Assembly (NCBI GenBank): GCA_963664325.2
Contig: CAXXDQ010000003.1
Span: 1,024,001 to 1,088,000 of the forward strand
Direction: 5' to 3'
Length of the DNA stretch: 64,000 nucleotides
From: Desulfomonilia bacterium
Lineage (GTDB): Bacteria > Desulfobacterota > Desulfomonilia > UBA1062
Shown: piece by piece, positions 19,178-29,492 of the stretch
Numbering within the stretch: position 1 is the first letter of the stretch
Layout of the letters: the number at the start of each line of letters is the position of its first letter
Notes under the pieces: model-generated
Databases searched by the model: none
Told to the model about the DNA's origin: nothing
Seen by the model: only the letters and a program-made list of their open reading frames with translations
Position numbers and translations under genes: made by a program

Positions 19178-19581
19178 GAACAAGAGAACTCGACAGACTC
19201 GGCAACCACCTCGGGTTAATCAGCAAAGACATGTACAGGCTGTTGAGCATAAAAGCGGACTGGGAAGAGATTGCAGGCAAGGTCTTTGCAGCCCATACCA
19301 TACCTGCAAAACTGAAAGGAACAAAGCTGGAGGTCCTGTGCGATTCACCGGTCTGGGTGCAGCAGATAGGCCTGCTTGAATTAACGCTCATTGAAAACAT
19401 CAGGAAACATACAAGCCTGAGGATAAAAGAGATAAATCCAAAGATAGGGGTGCTTAAACCCGAAGTTCAAATGGTGCTGAGAAAACCCGAGCCCTTTAAA
19501 ATCAATATTGACAGCCGGGCTTACGAGAATATTGAAAATCCAGAACTGAAGCAAAAAATCCGGCGTCTGGTAAGGGAATAG
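19174..19581 (+). CDS. DUF721/DciA-family protein
   Basis: WEEIAG..AAHT.P....G..L.V.CDSPVWVQQI pattern typical of DciA; ATGA overlap with rluD. Confidence 0.8.
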   Translation: MRTRELDRLGNHLGLISKDMYRLLSIKADWEEIAGKVFAAHTIPAKLKGTKLEVLCDSPVWVQQIGLLELTLIENIRKHTSLRIKEINPKIGVLKPEVQMVLRKPEPFKINIDSRAYENIENPELKQKIRRLVRE

Positions 19582-19731
19582 GGAGCATCTTCATCAGCCA
19601 AGACCTGATATGCAACGGTTGCTACTTAGTTAAGAAGCTTTCACACAAATTGCAATCCGGTGGATTTCTTATTGTCTCGGGACGATTCAATCCTATTGAG
19701 ACTTATAGGGAAGTCGGGAGCAATCAGCATT

Positions 19732-21972
19732 TTATTCACTCAGGGAGCGCTTGAGCAGTTCGGCCTGGCGCAGTATCATGGTCCTTCCTCTGACTTTCAG
19801 CTTGCGTCCGATATGCTCCATGTGTTTTTTAACAGTCACTTCACTTATTCCGAGCTTGGAGGCAATCTGCCGGTTGGAGTATCCAAGCCGGAGACTTGTG
19901 AGAACCCGGATCTCCTGTGTTGTAAGCCCGAATTTCTTCAGAGTGAGAAAAGGTTCGGTTTCAAGGCGCTTGAAATTGATCAGGATGTAGTCGTTTAATG
20001 CATACGCACTGCAGACCAGGTTGTAGCTATCGAGGACCAGGTGCTCCGGGAGTATTTGGCTGTGACTTTTCCCTCTTCTTTTCAGCAATCCGATCTGTAT
20101 TATCCATTCCCTGATTGAAGGGAAAAGCAGGTGTCTCCATGATGGGCCGACCTGGGAATTCATCATGTCCAATGCATCCTCGGTCCACATGACATCGCAC
20201 AGTTGCCTGTCCAGGAGAACCGCCCTGATATGAAAATTCTGTAGCAGGCCCCTGCTGCCCATCTGATAAATAGTGCTTTGCTTGAGGCGTACAATGGATT
20301 GGGCCCAGGAGATTATGAGCGGGGACAGCTTTTGAATTAATGCGACACCTTTCCTGGTATATGGCCGTTGCGGGTTATAGCGGCAAAACTGGATGTAGAC
20401 TCTGTGCTCTTCAGTTCTGGCAACTGGCATAGTAATCGCATAGTGTGTGCCGGTGGCTGCCTCGACTATGTTCTGTGCTGAAAGGTCGTCCTCGGTCCGG
20501 GGTTCCGGCGGGCTGAGGAATACCTCTCCCAGTTCCATGGTCCTGAGTACAGGAAGCCAGGAGAAGTTCTTTCTGATGGCCGTGTATAATTTCTCCCAGT
20601 CAAAATTAAGACCTGAGCTTACAAATATCCTTTCGATGCCATTCACAGTACTGATCCAGTAAATGGCCACCCAGTCTATATGCAGGAATTTCCCCAGAAT
20701 GTTCCTGAACAGATCCGGGGCTTCGTCGAAATTTTTGACTTCCGCAAGCTCGGTATGGAGATTGAAAACGGTCTTCCGCCATTTATTCTTGAGCCAGGAA
20801 GATGCCCTGATACGGCTGTCCTTGGGCAAGACAGCCATGAGCGGCGAAAAGTTTGAATGGGACTGAATTACTGCAGGGAGATCACTTGATATATCGAGCG
20901 CCCTGGCGAGTATCTCCGTCCGGCTGAAGGCTTTCAACTTCGAGCCGATGTTGAAGAGATGCTTTCGTACAGTTGTGTTCTTGATACCCAGGCTTTCTCC
21001 GATCTGGGCATTTGATTTTCCGGAATACAGGCAGTCAATGATTTCTATTTCCCTGGGGGAGAGGCCTAAGGCTAAAAGGGGCGTGAAGTCACTGGACTTC
21101 TTCGTAAGGTTGAGGACAGTGAGAAATATTGTTTTCCCGGATGAGTCTTCAAGCGCAACAGCCCTGCATTCGATTGGACCTGATTCCGAGATGAAGGATG
21201 TCTGGCATGTCGATACACGATCATTCATATCTCCGATCAGCCCGCAGCCTTCAAGCCATTCTCTGAGACTGGCAGGCAGTCCCAGTATAATCGGGTCAGG
21301 AAAGTGTTTGGTAAGAAATTCCTTGGTAGATTTGGGCAGGCCGACAACTTTGAGGTTGCTGTCAAGCATCAGATAGTGGAAAGCGGCCTTCTTTTCGGAA
21401 GCAGAGAGGAGCAGGTCACCGGAGCTCGAAATCCTGGCATTTAGAAGAGCGTTGCCGCTCATGACAAGAGCAGGGGCCAGCAAAGCCAGGGCTTCGGCCT
21501 CATTTCTATCAAAAGGTTTAAGCCTGCGGAACAGAGAAAGATGCAGTCTGAAGCCTTGCGTGACGGACAGGACCAGGTGGATGGAGAATTTAAAACCGCT
21601 GAATTTACTTATGAGTCCCAGGGCATGCTCGTCACCTTCACATCCGGGCCCTTTCATGTACTGGCTGAGGAAGATATCACCGGGCTTGCCTCTGTACAGG
21701 ATAGAGGAATGCATGTCCTCGGCAGTGATGTTCGGATAGACCTTATCCCAGTGAAATGGTGCACCTCTTTCGCATATCAATGTCGGGGACGAGTCGTTAG
21801 CTCCGGAGAAGAATATGCAGAATTCGTTGAAGGTGATGACTTCCCTGATGGGTTTTGTGATCCGCTCGGGTAGATCCTCCAGATCGGAAGCAGCAACCAG
21901 CGCATTGTGGAGCTTCAGTATCGTTTCAGCAGGAACTTCTCCTGGGTCGTATGACACCTCGGCGTGGTTCAT
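19732..21972 (-). CDS. Transcriptional regulator with two tandem sensor+LuxR-HTH modules
   Basis: Two HTHs (GLSPREIEI..GKSNAQIGESLGI..TVRKHL and GLTTQEIRV..GYSNRQIASKLGISEVTVKKHM); the two halves are mutually similar. Start ATG 21972 after GGAGG. Confidence 0.85.
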   Translation of the reverse strand: MNHAEVSYDPGEVPAETILKLHNALVAASDLEDLPERITKPIREVITFNEFCIFFSGANDSSPTLICERGAPFHWDKVYPNITAEDMHSSILYRGKPGDIFLSQYMKGPGCEGDEHALGLISKFSGFKFSIHLVLSVTQGFRLHLSLFRRLKPFDRNEAEALALLAPALVMSGNALLNARISSSGDLLLSASEKKAAFHYLMLDSNLKVVGLPKSTKEFLTKHFPDPIILGLPASLREWLEGCGLIGDMNDRVSTCQTSFISESGPIECRAVALEDSSGKTIFLTVLNLTKKSSDFTPLLALGLSPREIEIIDCLYSGKSNAQIGESLGIKNTTVRKHLFNIGSKLKAFSRTEILARALDISSDLPAVIQSHSNFSPLMAVLPKDSRIRASSWLKNKWRKTVFNLHTELAEVKNFDEAPDLFRNILGKFLHIDWVAIYWISTVNGIERIFVSSGLNFDWEKLYTAIRKNFSWLPVLRTMELGEVFLSPPEPRTEDDLSAQNIVEAATGTHYAITMPVARTEEHRVYIQFCRYNPQRPYTRKGVALIQKLSPLIISWAQSIVRLKQSTIYQMGSRGLLQNFHIRAVLLDRQLCDVMWTEDALDMMNSQVGPSWRHLLFPSIREWIIQIGLLKRRGKSHSQILPEHLVLDSYNLVCSAYALNDYILINFKRLETEPFLTLKKFGLTTQEIRVLTSLRLGYSNRQIASKLGISEVTVKKHMEHIGRKLKVRGRTMILRQAELLKRSLSE

Positions 21973-22580
21973 GAAAATCCCTCCCTTGAAATCTGTCATT
22001 GGAAACCCGATATTTAATCAGGATGTGAAATTATATACAACGCAATAATGGAAATCATACTCAGAGAAATGCAAGTTATTGTCAAGATATGTTTAGAGTT
22101 TGCTAAGAACAGTTGGCGTTTCATAATCTTTGACTCTATTGCATGTCGTATAAATGAGACCCGGGAAATGCCTTTTCATATTATACTAAATGATACCCTG
22201 AAGCCGTTTAGTCCATACTGAAATTTTCATCCATATATTGGGTTTCTGAAATGGCCTGTGACATATGTAATGCAATTCAGATCTGTTCTCGAATTGTGTG
22301 GGCGAAGCTTGTGGCTTTAAAACCCCTTGACATGAAGCTTTTCGGACAGACAATCATAAGGTATCTGTATCGTAAACGTTGAAAAAGAATATTTATGGAG
22401 AACCTCCAATGCCATTCCATTCAACGAATGATACGATTGAAATGGTATACGAAGAGATAATTGTTTTTCCTGAAGGGATCAGATAACTTATATATCATCT
22501 TTATTTTTTATTTATTTACGGGAGGGCTAATAGCCCATGAATCAGAATTTTCAATATTCATGGATCATAGACAGGCAGTA

Positions 22581-22880
22581 ATGGAAGAAAGAAGGAAATA
22601 TCCCAGACGAAAACTAGGCTGCCCTGCATTGTTCAAAGGGGGCACCCAGGCGCTTGAGACTGTCCGTGTTCGTGATATATGCAGAGGCGGCATCTTTGTT
22701 GAAACTAAAAATCCGGCTAACCACGGTGAAACTGTCATTGTAAATATTGATGGATACAATCTGGGCAGGGATATCGGTATTAAAGGCACAGTGGTAAGAA
22801 GCGTTCCTGAATACGGAATAGGTATTCAGATATCATCAACAACAAACGACGAGCATTTAAGAGAATGGCTTTCCAGATAA
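22581..22880 (+). CDS. Stand-alone PilZ domain protein
   Basis: ERRKYPR (RxxxR) and DICRGG (DxSxxG-like) motifs, KGTVVR. Start could alternatively be 22560. Confidence 0.85.
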   Translation: MEERRKYPRRKLGCPALFKGGTQALETVRVRDICRGGIFVETKNPANHGETVIVNIDGYNLGRDIGIKGTVVRSVPEYGIGIQISSTTNDEHLREWLSR

Positions 22881-23410
22881 TCATCCACTCGGTAGAATAA
22901 TCTTGATATTGGGAAGTCCATTTCGCTCCCCGTTTCTTTCATGTCCTTGCTGAAGTAGATATATCCGGTCAACGGTTTCTGTGCTGCCAGTCAGCCCGGA
23001 TGATTATCTTTCCATATTATACGAAAGGATACCATAAGACCATTTCGCCTTTACCGGAACCATCCTTCATATGTTGATATTTCTGTCACAGCCAGTGATC
23101 CAAGAAATATGATTTAGGCCATTATCCCTGCGGGGATGGCTATGCCCGTGGCTGAAAATCCTCTTGGTATGCAGCTTATCGGACGGAAATGTTAAGGTAT
23201 CTGAATCACAGCCGTTTGAGTAAGCGTGATCCGGTTCAATTTCAGGTGCGGGTTCAGATTTACCAAGCATGGTATACTTAAGGATAATATACAAGGCATT
23301 ATGCCAAGAATATAATATCATAAGGAGAATATCTCCTTCTTTACCTGATATCGCCGACAGGACATCCACCCATGAAATCAGGAATTCATAACATGACAAG
23401 GAGGTTTATT

Positions 23411-24127
23411 ATGAAAAGGATTACAGTATTACTATCGGCAATGTTTTTGGTAGCCGTCACACTTAGTGGTTGTATTTTGCCAATCACGGCAATCAGCAAC
23501 TCAATGCTGGCGCTCTCGGCAGACTCTGGCAGCGGGACATCAGCGGATCCTTATATCATCGAGAACAAGACATTCAATATGGCAGGGAAAAATGTCAACG
23601 TAGGCATCCATCTCCGGAACACAACTGCCTATATCATCATCCGCAACATCACAGTCCTCAACGGGACTCAGGCCCTCGGCAATAAAAACAACCAGTCCAA
23701 AGCCAATTGCCTGGGCATTATGCTTGAAAATGTGGCCCATGCGACCATCGAAAACTGCCGCTTCGAAAATAACAATATGGGTATGTGGCTTGAAGGGTGC
23801 TTCAATGTGTCCGCAATCAACAACACGGTTATGAATAACCGCTACCGGGGCATCTACCTGATGGATTCACATGACTGCACCATTGAGGGGAATACAGTCG
23901 ACAGCGATAACCCGGAATATGATCAGAATATCCTGCTCAACATAAATTTCCTGAAACCAGAAAGTGTATGCAAATTTAATCGTGTGCAGGATAACGAGAC
24001 AAAGACTGTCAGCCTCGCAGGCAATGAAAACACTTGTTACAACTACATCACGGGCAATTCGTGGGAAGGCGTGCCCGCCATAGTCTCTGTCGGTTCGGAT
24101 GTATGCGAAGATAACTATATATACTAG
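23411..24127 (+). CDS. Lipoprotein with right-handed parallel beta-helix (NosD/CASH-like) repeats
   Basis: RBS AGGAGG, lipobox LSGC, GSGTSADPYIIEN and repeated GIxL..xxxxIxNNT units. Confidence 0.82.
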   Translation: MKRITVLLSAMFLVAVTLSGCILPITAISNSMLALSADSGSGTSADPYIIENKTFNMAGKNVNVGIHLRNTTAYIIIRNITVLNGTQALGNKNNQSKANCLGIMLENVAHATIENCRFENNNMGMWLEGCFNVSAINNTVMNNRYRGIYLMDSHDCTIEGNTVDSDNPEYDQNILLNINFLKPESVCKFNRVQDNETKTVSLAGNENTCYNYITGNSWEGVPAIVSVGSDVCEDNYIY

Positions 24128-24678
24128 GCAGAACCTCTCCAGATCCAGAGCCCTGTCTCCATTACGGGGCTCTGGTAATAATTCAGTCCGCAAACGTTCG
24201 GGCTGTCCTCTACCATAATGCTGTCTGATTCTCTGCTAAAACCCTTTGGAACCAAGAGGGGAAATTGATCATTTGTAATATCTTCTCTGTCTCCATGGTA
24301 TAGCCATGTCATGGCTGGCTGGATGATTCTTACGGGGAGCCTGTAATTTATTTCAGAACGAATATGCTGACTGCTTGAATGCTGCAATCCCAATCCGGGA
24401 TCAGGGTATAAAAAAGCCACAGGGGCCTGCTAAGGATGATGATTTTGGGACAATCGACGAATCTGGAGATATGACTCATCTTTACGCTTGTAAAATAAAG
24501 TTTTATGGGACTTACCTCAATAGAGATAAACCTGAGTTTTGGCTTCAGAAAACCATAAAAGCAAGCCCTCTGGAATTATACCTCTATGGATGTAAAAATC
24601 TGTTTGATAAAAAACACCTGGCGTTATACTGAAAATAGTAATGCTCCCGTGCTGAAGCAGAAACATTTTTATGAGTTG

Positions 24679-24725
24679 TCAAAACCCGTAATGCAGACCG
24701 AACCCCAGGTTTTCTTCGATCTTTT
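24679..24725 (-). pseudogene. Remnant copy of the 3' end of the 25272..25733 gene
   Basis: Reads KIEENLGFGLHYGF* versus KVDENLRFGLHYGF*; no start or upstream coding part. Confidence 0.6.
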
Positions 24726-24738
24726 AAAAATGGAATAT

Positions 24739-24957
24739 TCAATGATACCCCAACCTGGAGACTAAGGCGGCAGGAGGAAAATCTGAGTCTTTAATTTCCT
24801 TCTCTTCTTTCTCTATCTCCAGAGTGGAGAACTTCACAAGGACACCTCTGGGCCTGTCCAGGATAACAATGTCGTCTTCCTTTACTATATGCCTGATGTC
24901 GTTAAATCCGAAGTTTATTCTCTCTCCCTCTATGGTTTTCCCCGAGAAATTAAGCAT
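24739..24957 (-). CDS. Small hypothetical protein (72 aa)
   Basis: Strong RBS AAGGAGG 8 nt upstream of ATG. Confidence 0.6.
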   Translation of the reverse strand: MLNFSGKTIEGERINFGFNDIRHIVKEDDIVILDRPRGVLVKFSTLEIEKEEKEIKDSDFPPAALVSRLGYH

Positions 24958-25271
24958 CTTTCATTCCTCCTTTCCTGTTTCGGCTTCCATCCAGATCTTG
25001 CGTTGCTCAATTGTTGTTAATTGAATTTTGCCGCCCCTGTACAATCTGGATCAATAATTAATAATGTTTCACGGCGGTCATAAATATAAATTTTATGGAA
25101 AGTATTTCAATCATGAAAACCCTGAGATTTGTATTCGAAATACCTTAGACGCCTGTCATGTGAATATAATAAACCCTTTAAATATTAAAATTTGATTGAT
25201 GAAAATTCAATGATGGCAGGCTGTATATGATAGTTCCGCCATGCTTGTGCAGAGCTGTTTCATTCAGGTTG

Positions 25272-25733
25272 TTAAAATCCATAATGCAGACCGAACCTCA
25301 GGTTTTCATCGACCTTTTCATCTGGATCCCTGCTGAAAGAAGGATTCAGGTAACCTTCATACACTTTGTATTTCAAAAAAGGTTCCGCGTACAAGGAAAC
25401 ACCCTTTGAAACATTCCAGGACATCCCTGCGCCCAGGTTCAAACCAACGTCATAGCGATAGATATCTTTAAAGGTGGTTTTTTTTGCCCCGGGTTTTTCC
25501 AGGGTGTCCCAGTTGAAATTTCCACCGGTCAATAGATACGGCTGGAAGTATTCGTTATATTTCAGTTTAAAACGGCCGGTTACCTCAGCGGTGCTGTGAT
25601 AATCTTTTGTAACATCAAGTGAGATTGCCTTTTCATCCTTGTCTTCAGCTTTTGCCGCACCGGTATTCAGCACAAGGAACATTGAAATAATCAGGAGAGC
25701 CCATGCATGTCGTTTTATCGCTATTGAATTCAT
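25272..25733 (-). CDS. Putative small outer-membrane beta-barrel protein
   Basis: Signal peptide ending AKA, amphipathic strands (FQPYLLTGG, GLNLGAGMSW, SLYAE) and C-terminal GLHYGF with terminal Phe. Confidence 0.7.
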   Translation of the reverse strand: MNSIAIKRHAWALLIISMFLVLNTGAAKAEDKDEKAISLDVTKDYHSTAEVTGRFKLKYNEYFQPYLLTGGNFNWDTLEKPGAKKTTFKDIYRYDVGLNLGAGMSWNVSKGVSLYAEPFLKYKVYEGYLNPSFSRDPDEKVDENLRFGLHYGF

Positions 25734-26011
25734 GGCTTCTGTATTTTTATCTCCATTTTACTTTCTGCACGGCCTTAAAAATCCGTGCTTTCGGAGAAAA
25801 TATATTTTTTCTATTTCTTTTAATAGTACCTCTATTTTAAAAATCAATAATAATTCATAATGCAAAGCAGGTTTTGGTCTATCTGCTTGGTTTTACTGGA
25901 GATGTTTTGTGAATCCGGCATGGCTATTATCCAGGAACTATCGTGTTGAAGGCCATTTTAAAGCATCAGTCCATTACATATATTTCGAAATGCGGGCCCA
26001 GTCGTGCCTGA

Positions 26012-27322
26012 TTACAGGTCAGTCATCCACCCCTTGCCCTGGAGTCTGGCGCCCATATTCATGAAGTTAAGAAAAGAGGACCTGAACATATCGCTCATAA
26101 GGGCCCTCTTGACCGGCTGAAGGCGGAGGAAGCCACCGATGAAGGTTCTCATAAACTGTTGTGTGATGCTGTGGGGATTGTCGAAAATCTGATTCTGGAG
26201 ATTGCCCCTTTCAAGGCTAAGCAGCATGATCCTTTCAAATGTTGTCTCCGGATGGATGACTCTGCTGCCGCGGTTTATCATCTCGATGGCGTTTGCCGCG
26301 CACTTGGAAAAACATACGCCGCAGCCCACGCATATTTTAACATCGACATGCCCTTTCTTCATCTTGGGTTTTTGCGGATCGCCGGCCGGGATCAGACTTA
26401 TCGCATTCACAGGGCATACATCAACGCATTTCCCGCATCCTTTGCACGAAGACTCATCAATCCTGGAGATAAAATTGGAGGTAACGGCACTGTTTACGAA
26501 TCCAAACCTGTTCAGCCCGGCCAGAAAATTGCAGCAGCACTTGCAGCAGTGGCAGATGACCGTCGGGTTCCTTTGCGTATTCTCTGCACAGAAGACCAGG
26601 CCGAGTTCTTTCGAGCGCGCAAAATTCTCCAGCATCTCTGATTTCGACACCTCCCGGGCCAGATTATGCCTGATTGCATAGTCCGCCCCTATGCCCAGAG
26701 GACTGCAATTGTTAAGGGGGGCGTCGCATTTCTTTTCATTGTTCTGGGATTTTTCATTTCTGCATGAGCATATGCCGATGGCAAACCTGTGAGAATTTTC
26801 AACGATTGCCGAGGCCCTTTCATAGTCGAAGAATTCGATCGAGTCACCGGGGTGTATCGTTTCTTCAACAGGGATGACTCTCAACACGGAAACATGTTCA
26901 TTGTGCGAGAAATTAGCCTGATACAAAGATTCAAAGTATTCATGAAACAGTTTTGAGCATTCCTTCTGATTGTGAATATCCCCGGTTCTCATCATTGTAA
27001 ACTCGAATATACCGATGAGCAGGGGAGAGGGCATGTAGTAAAACTGGCTTTCATTGTCATTCCATACATCAATGATCAGGCCCTTCTTGCCGAGATTATC
27101 GAGGATGCCTCTCAGACGGGTGCTGTTGACTTTTGTTGCTTTGGAGATTCTTTCAAGGCTGGACAGGGAATAGGGCATATCAATGATCAGCTCTGCCTCT
27201 TCTAAAGTATAAAGTTCCTTTAAAATACTATAGAAGGTCTCATTCCAGGGGGCTTTCACCGTAAGACTGTCAATCTTTTGCCCCAGCCTGCGATATGTAC
27301 TATCTTCAACTCCGAGACTCAT
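26012..27322 (-). CDS. 4Fe-4S dicluster domain protein
   Basis: CKGCGKCVDVCP and CVGCGVCFSKC ferredoxin motifs; CSCR; ICHCCKCCC; HTH-like N-terminus. Confidence 0.88.
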   Translation of the reverse strand: MSLGVEDSTYRRLGQKIDSLTVKAPWNETFYSILKELYTLEEAELIIDMPYSLSSLERISKATKVNSTRLRGILDNLGKKGLIIDVWNDNESQFYYMPSPLLIGIFEFTMMRTGDIHNQKECSKLFHEYFESLYQANFSHNEHVSVLRVIPVEETIHPGDSIEFFDYERASAIVENSHRFAIGICSCRNEKSQNNEKKCDAPLNNCSPLGIGADYAIRHNLAREVSKSEMLENFARSKELGLVFCAENTQRNPTVICHCCKCCCNFLAGLNRFGFVNSAVTSNFISRIDESSCKGCGKCVDVCPVNAISLIPAGDPQKPKMKKGHVDVKICVGCGVCFSKCAANAIEMINRGSRVIHPETTFERIMLLSLERGNLQNQIFDNPHSITQQFMRTFIGGFLRLQPVKRALMSDMFRSSFLNFMNMGARLQGKGWMTDL

Positions 27323-27541
27323 ATATGCTCCCTTATATGTTCATTTTAAGGCATTGCCGGGAAATAAGCTTATCCACAGTCATTATACAAGAATACCATA
27401 GATGTTTTGAACCTTGAACCATTAACTTTAATGAGGGATCTTCTAACTCTTCAACCGGGCGTCAACCTCTGGGGCGCCCTGCAGTATAGCCTGTACAATG
27501 AACAGGGATTGGAGGCGGCCTGTAAAAACGGCACTTCTGCC

Positions 27542-29479
27542 TCAGATTTCCCGGCCTGCGCGATGGCCCTCGTGTATGGCTTCAAGGATACGGCGCGGCC
27601 CCTTCGAGTCTCCGGCCATAATATATGAGATACCCTCCTCTTTGAGCACGGCCTCAAGTGCATTTTCAGCCCTGGCACCCAGGGCGGTTATGACTGATGC
27701 GGCGGGAAGTGTTTCAACAGCTCCTCCCCTTGAGAAGTCTACGCAATCACGATCAATCATGGTGATTGTCGAGCCCAGGTAAATTTTACCGCCGGCGTCC
27801 CTGATGCGCTTATACAGCCAGTATCCGTGGGCTGTCATCTTATTCACAGGCGGGGAGGCCAGCATTTCGACAATGGCCGTTTCAATGCCTTTATCAATGA
27901 GAAAGTCGGCTGTCTCCATGCCCACGTAACCGGCACCGAGAACCACGGCAGGCCCTTTGACCTGAACCTTGCCTGTAAGGACATCCCGTGCGTCAAATAC
28001 GTGCGTGGACTCAATTCCCGGTATGCCTGAAATTACCGGATAAGAACCGGTGGCCAGGATTACAGTGTCAGGCCTTCCTTCCTTCAGCATAATACTTGAC
28101 ACCGGCCGGCTCAGCCTGATTTCAACGCCTAGCTGGCCAAGCCTTCTGAGCGCCCATTCGACCCAGGCCCAGAAACGCTCCTTGTGCGGCGGTTTGCTGG
28201 CGGAGCGCAGCTGGCCTCCCGCTGAATCTTCCTTTTCGAAGATTGTCACAGAATGCCCCCTCTCTGCCGCGGCCATGGCCGCGGAAATGCCGGCAGGCCC
28301 TGCGCCGATCACCCACACCTTTTTAGGATTTTCGGCGCGCTTTGCCGGGCGGTACTCCTGGCCGCACTCCGGGTTGAAGGAGCAGGTGGAGGACTTCATC
28401 TCGAAGCTCAGGCGCTCTATGCAGCCCTGGTTGCAGGCTACGCACGGCCTGATGTCGATGGTGTTGCCGGCGCCTGCCTTGTTGATGAAATCGGGATCCG
28501 TAAGATGCTGCCTGCCGAAACTTATAAGGTCTGCATCGCCGCGGGCCAGGGCCTGTTCGGCCAGCACGGGTTCGCTGATGCGGCCCACACCGATAACCGG
28601 TACATTCACCATTTCCCTTATGGCACGGGCCCTGAACAGGTTGAACCCGGGGGGGGTGTCCATGGATGCTATGCTCAGATTCCCGGGTGTTGAGTATACG
28701 CCGACCGAGACGTGCAGGGCATTGGCGCCTGCCTGCACAAGTCTGGGTGCGAGTCGCCTGGTGAACTCGAGATCGAACCCGCCCGTAATCAGCTCGTCGG
28801 CCGAAAACCGGACAATTATAGGATAATCTGCACCCGCGGCCTTCCGGGCCGCGGCTATGCACTCAAGCACGAACCGGCAGCGGTTATCTTCAGAACCGCC
28901 GTATTCGTCGGCCCTCTTATTGGAAAAGGGTGAGAGGAACTGGTTGAGAAGGTATCCGTGGGCGCTGTGGATTTCAATTGCGTCAAAACCTGCGGCGCGC
29001 GCGCGGACTGCCGCCGAGGCATACGCGTTTACAACTTCATTGATGCGCTCTATGGTCATCTCCTCGCAGGGCTGCTGAAGTATGACACTGGGTATGGCCG
29101 ACGGTGCCTCCGGGATGCCTCCCGCAGCCGCCGGGAATGTCTCCCTTCCTGCATGGTGAAGCTGGACGGCTGTTCTGCCGCCCTCGCGGTGTATGGCCTC
29201 GGGGATCTTTGACAGCGGGGCGATGAAATCGTCGCTCCATATGCCGAGTTCGTTGGGGAAGCCCTTGCCGCGCGGCGTCACGGCCGTGACCTCGGTAATG
29301 ATGAGACCGGCGCCGCCCCTGGCCCTGCGGGCAAGGTATTCCGCAAGACGTTCGTTCGGGGTGTTGTCCGTGCCTGCATATCCGGTGGCCATGGCCGGCA
29401 TGACCGCCCTGTTCCTGAGCTTCAGGGTGCCGATCTCAACTGGTGAAAACAGGTGCTCGAATCTTATCCTGCTGTTCAT
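27542..29479 (-). CDS. NADH:flavin oxidoreductase (OYE-like TIM barrel + 4Fe-4S + FAD; 2,4-dienoyl-CoA/enoate reductase family)
   Basis: LRNRAVMPAM, IEIHSAHGYLLNQFLSP, DEYGGS, CVACNQGC..C.FNP, VIGAGPAG. Confidence 0.92.
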   Translation of the reverse strand: MNSRIRFEHLFSPVEIGTLKLRNRAVMPAMATGYAGTDNTPNERLAEYLARRARGGAGLIITEVTAVTPRGKGFPNELGIWSDDFIAPLSKIPEAIHREGGRTAVQLHHAGRETFPAAAGGIPEAPSAIPSVILQQPCEEMTIERINEVVNAYASAAVRARAAGFDAIEIHSAHGYLLNQFLSPFSNKRADEYGGSEDNRCRFVLECIAAARKAAGADYPIIVRFSADELITGGFDLEFTRRLAPRLVQAGANALHVSVGVYSTPGNLSIASMDTPPGFNLFRARAIREMVNVPVIGVGRISEPVLAEQALARGDADLISFGRQHLTDPDFINKAGAGNTIDIRPCVACNQGCIERLSFEMKSSTCSFNPECGQEYRPAKRAENPKKVWVIGAGPAGISAAMAAAERGHSVTIFEKEDSAGGQLRSASKPPHKERFWAWVEWALRRLGQLGVEIRLSRPVSSIMLKEGRPDTVILATGSYPVISGIPGIESTHVFDARDVLTGKVQVKGPAVVLGAGYVGMETADFLIDKGIETAIVEMLASPPVNKMTAHGYWLYKRIRDAGGKIYLGSTITMIDRDCVDFSRGGAVETLPAASVITALGARAENALEAVLKEEGISYIMAGDSKGPRRILEAIHEGHRAGREI

Positions 29480-29492
29480 GTTAAAGCTCCTT

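Noticed and set aside
23067-24632. ORFs 23067..23399, 24124..24420 and 24375..24632
   Set aside because: No motifs or convincing RBS; possibly decayed gene fragments but not supportable.
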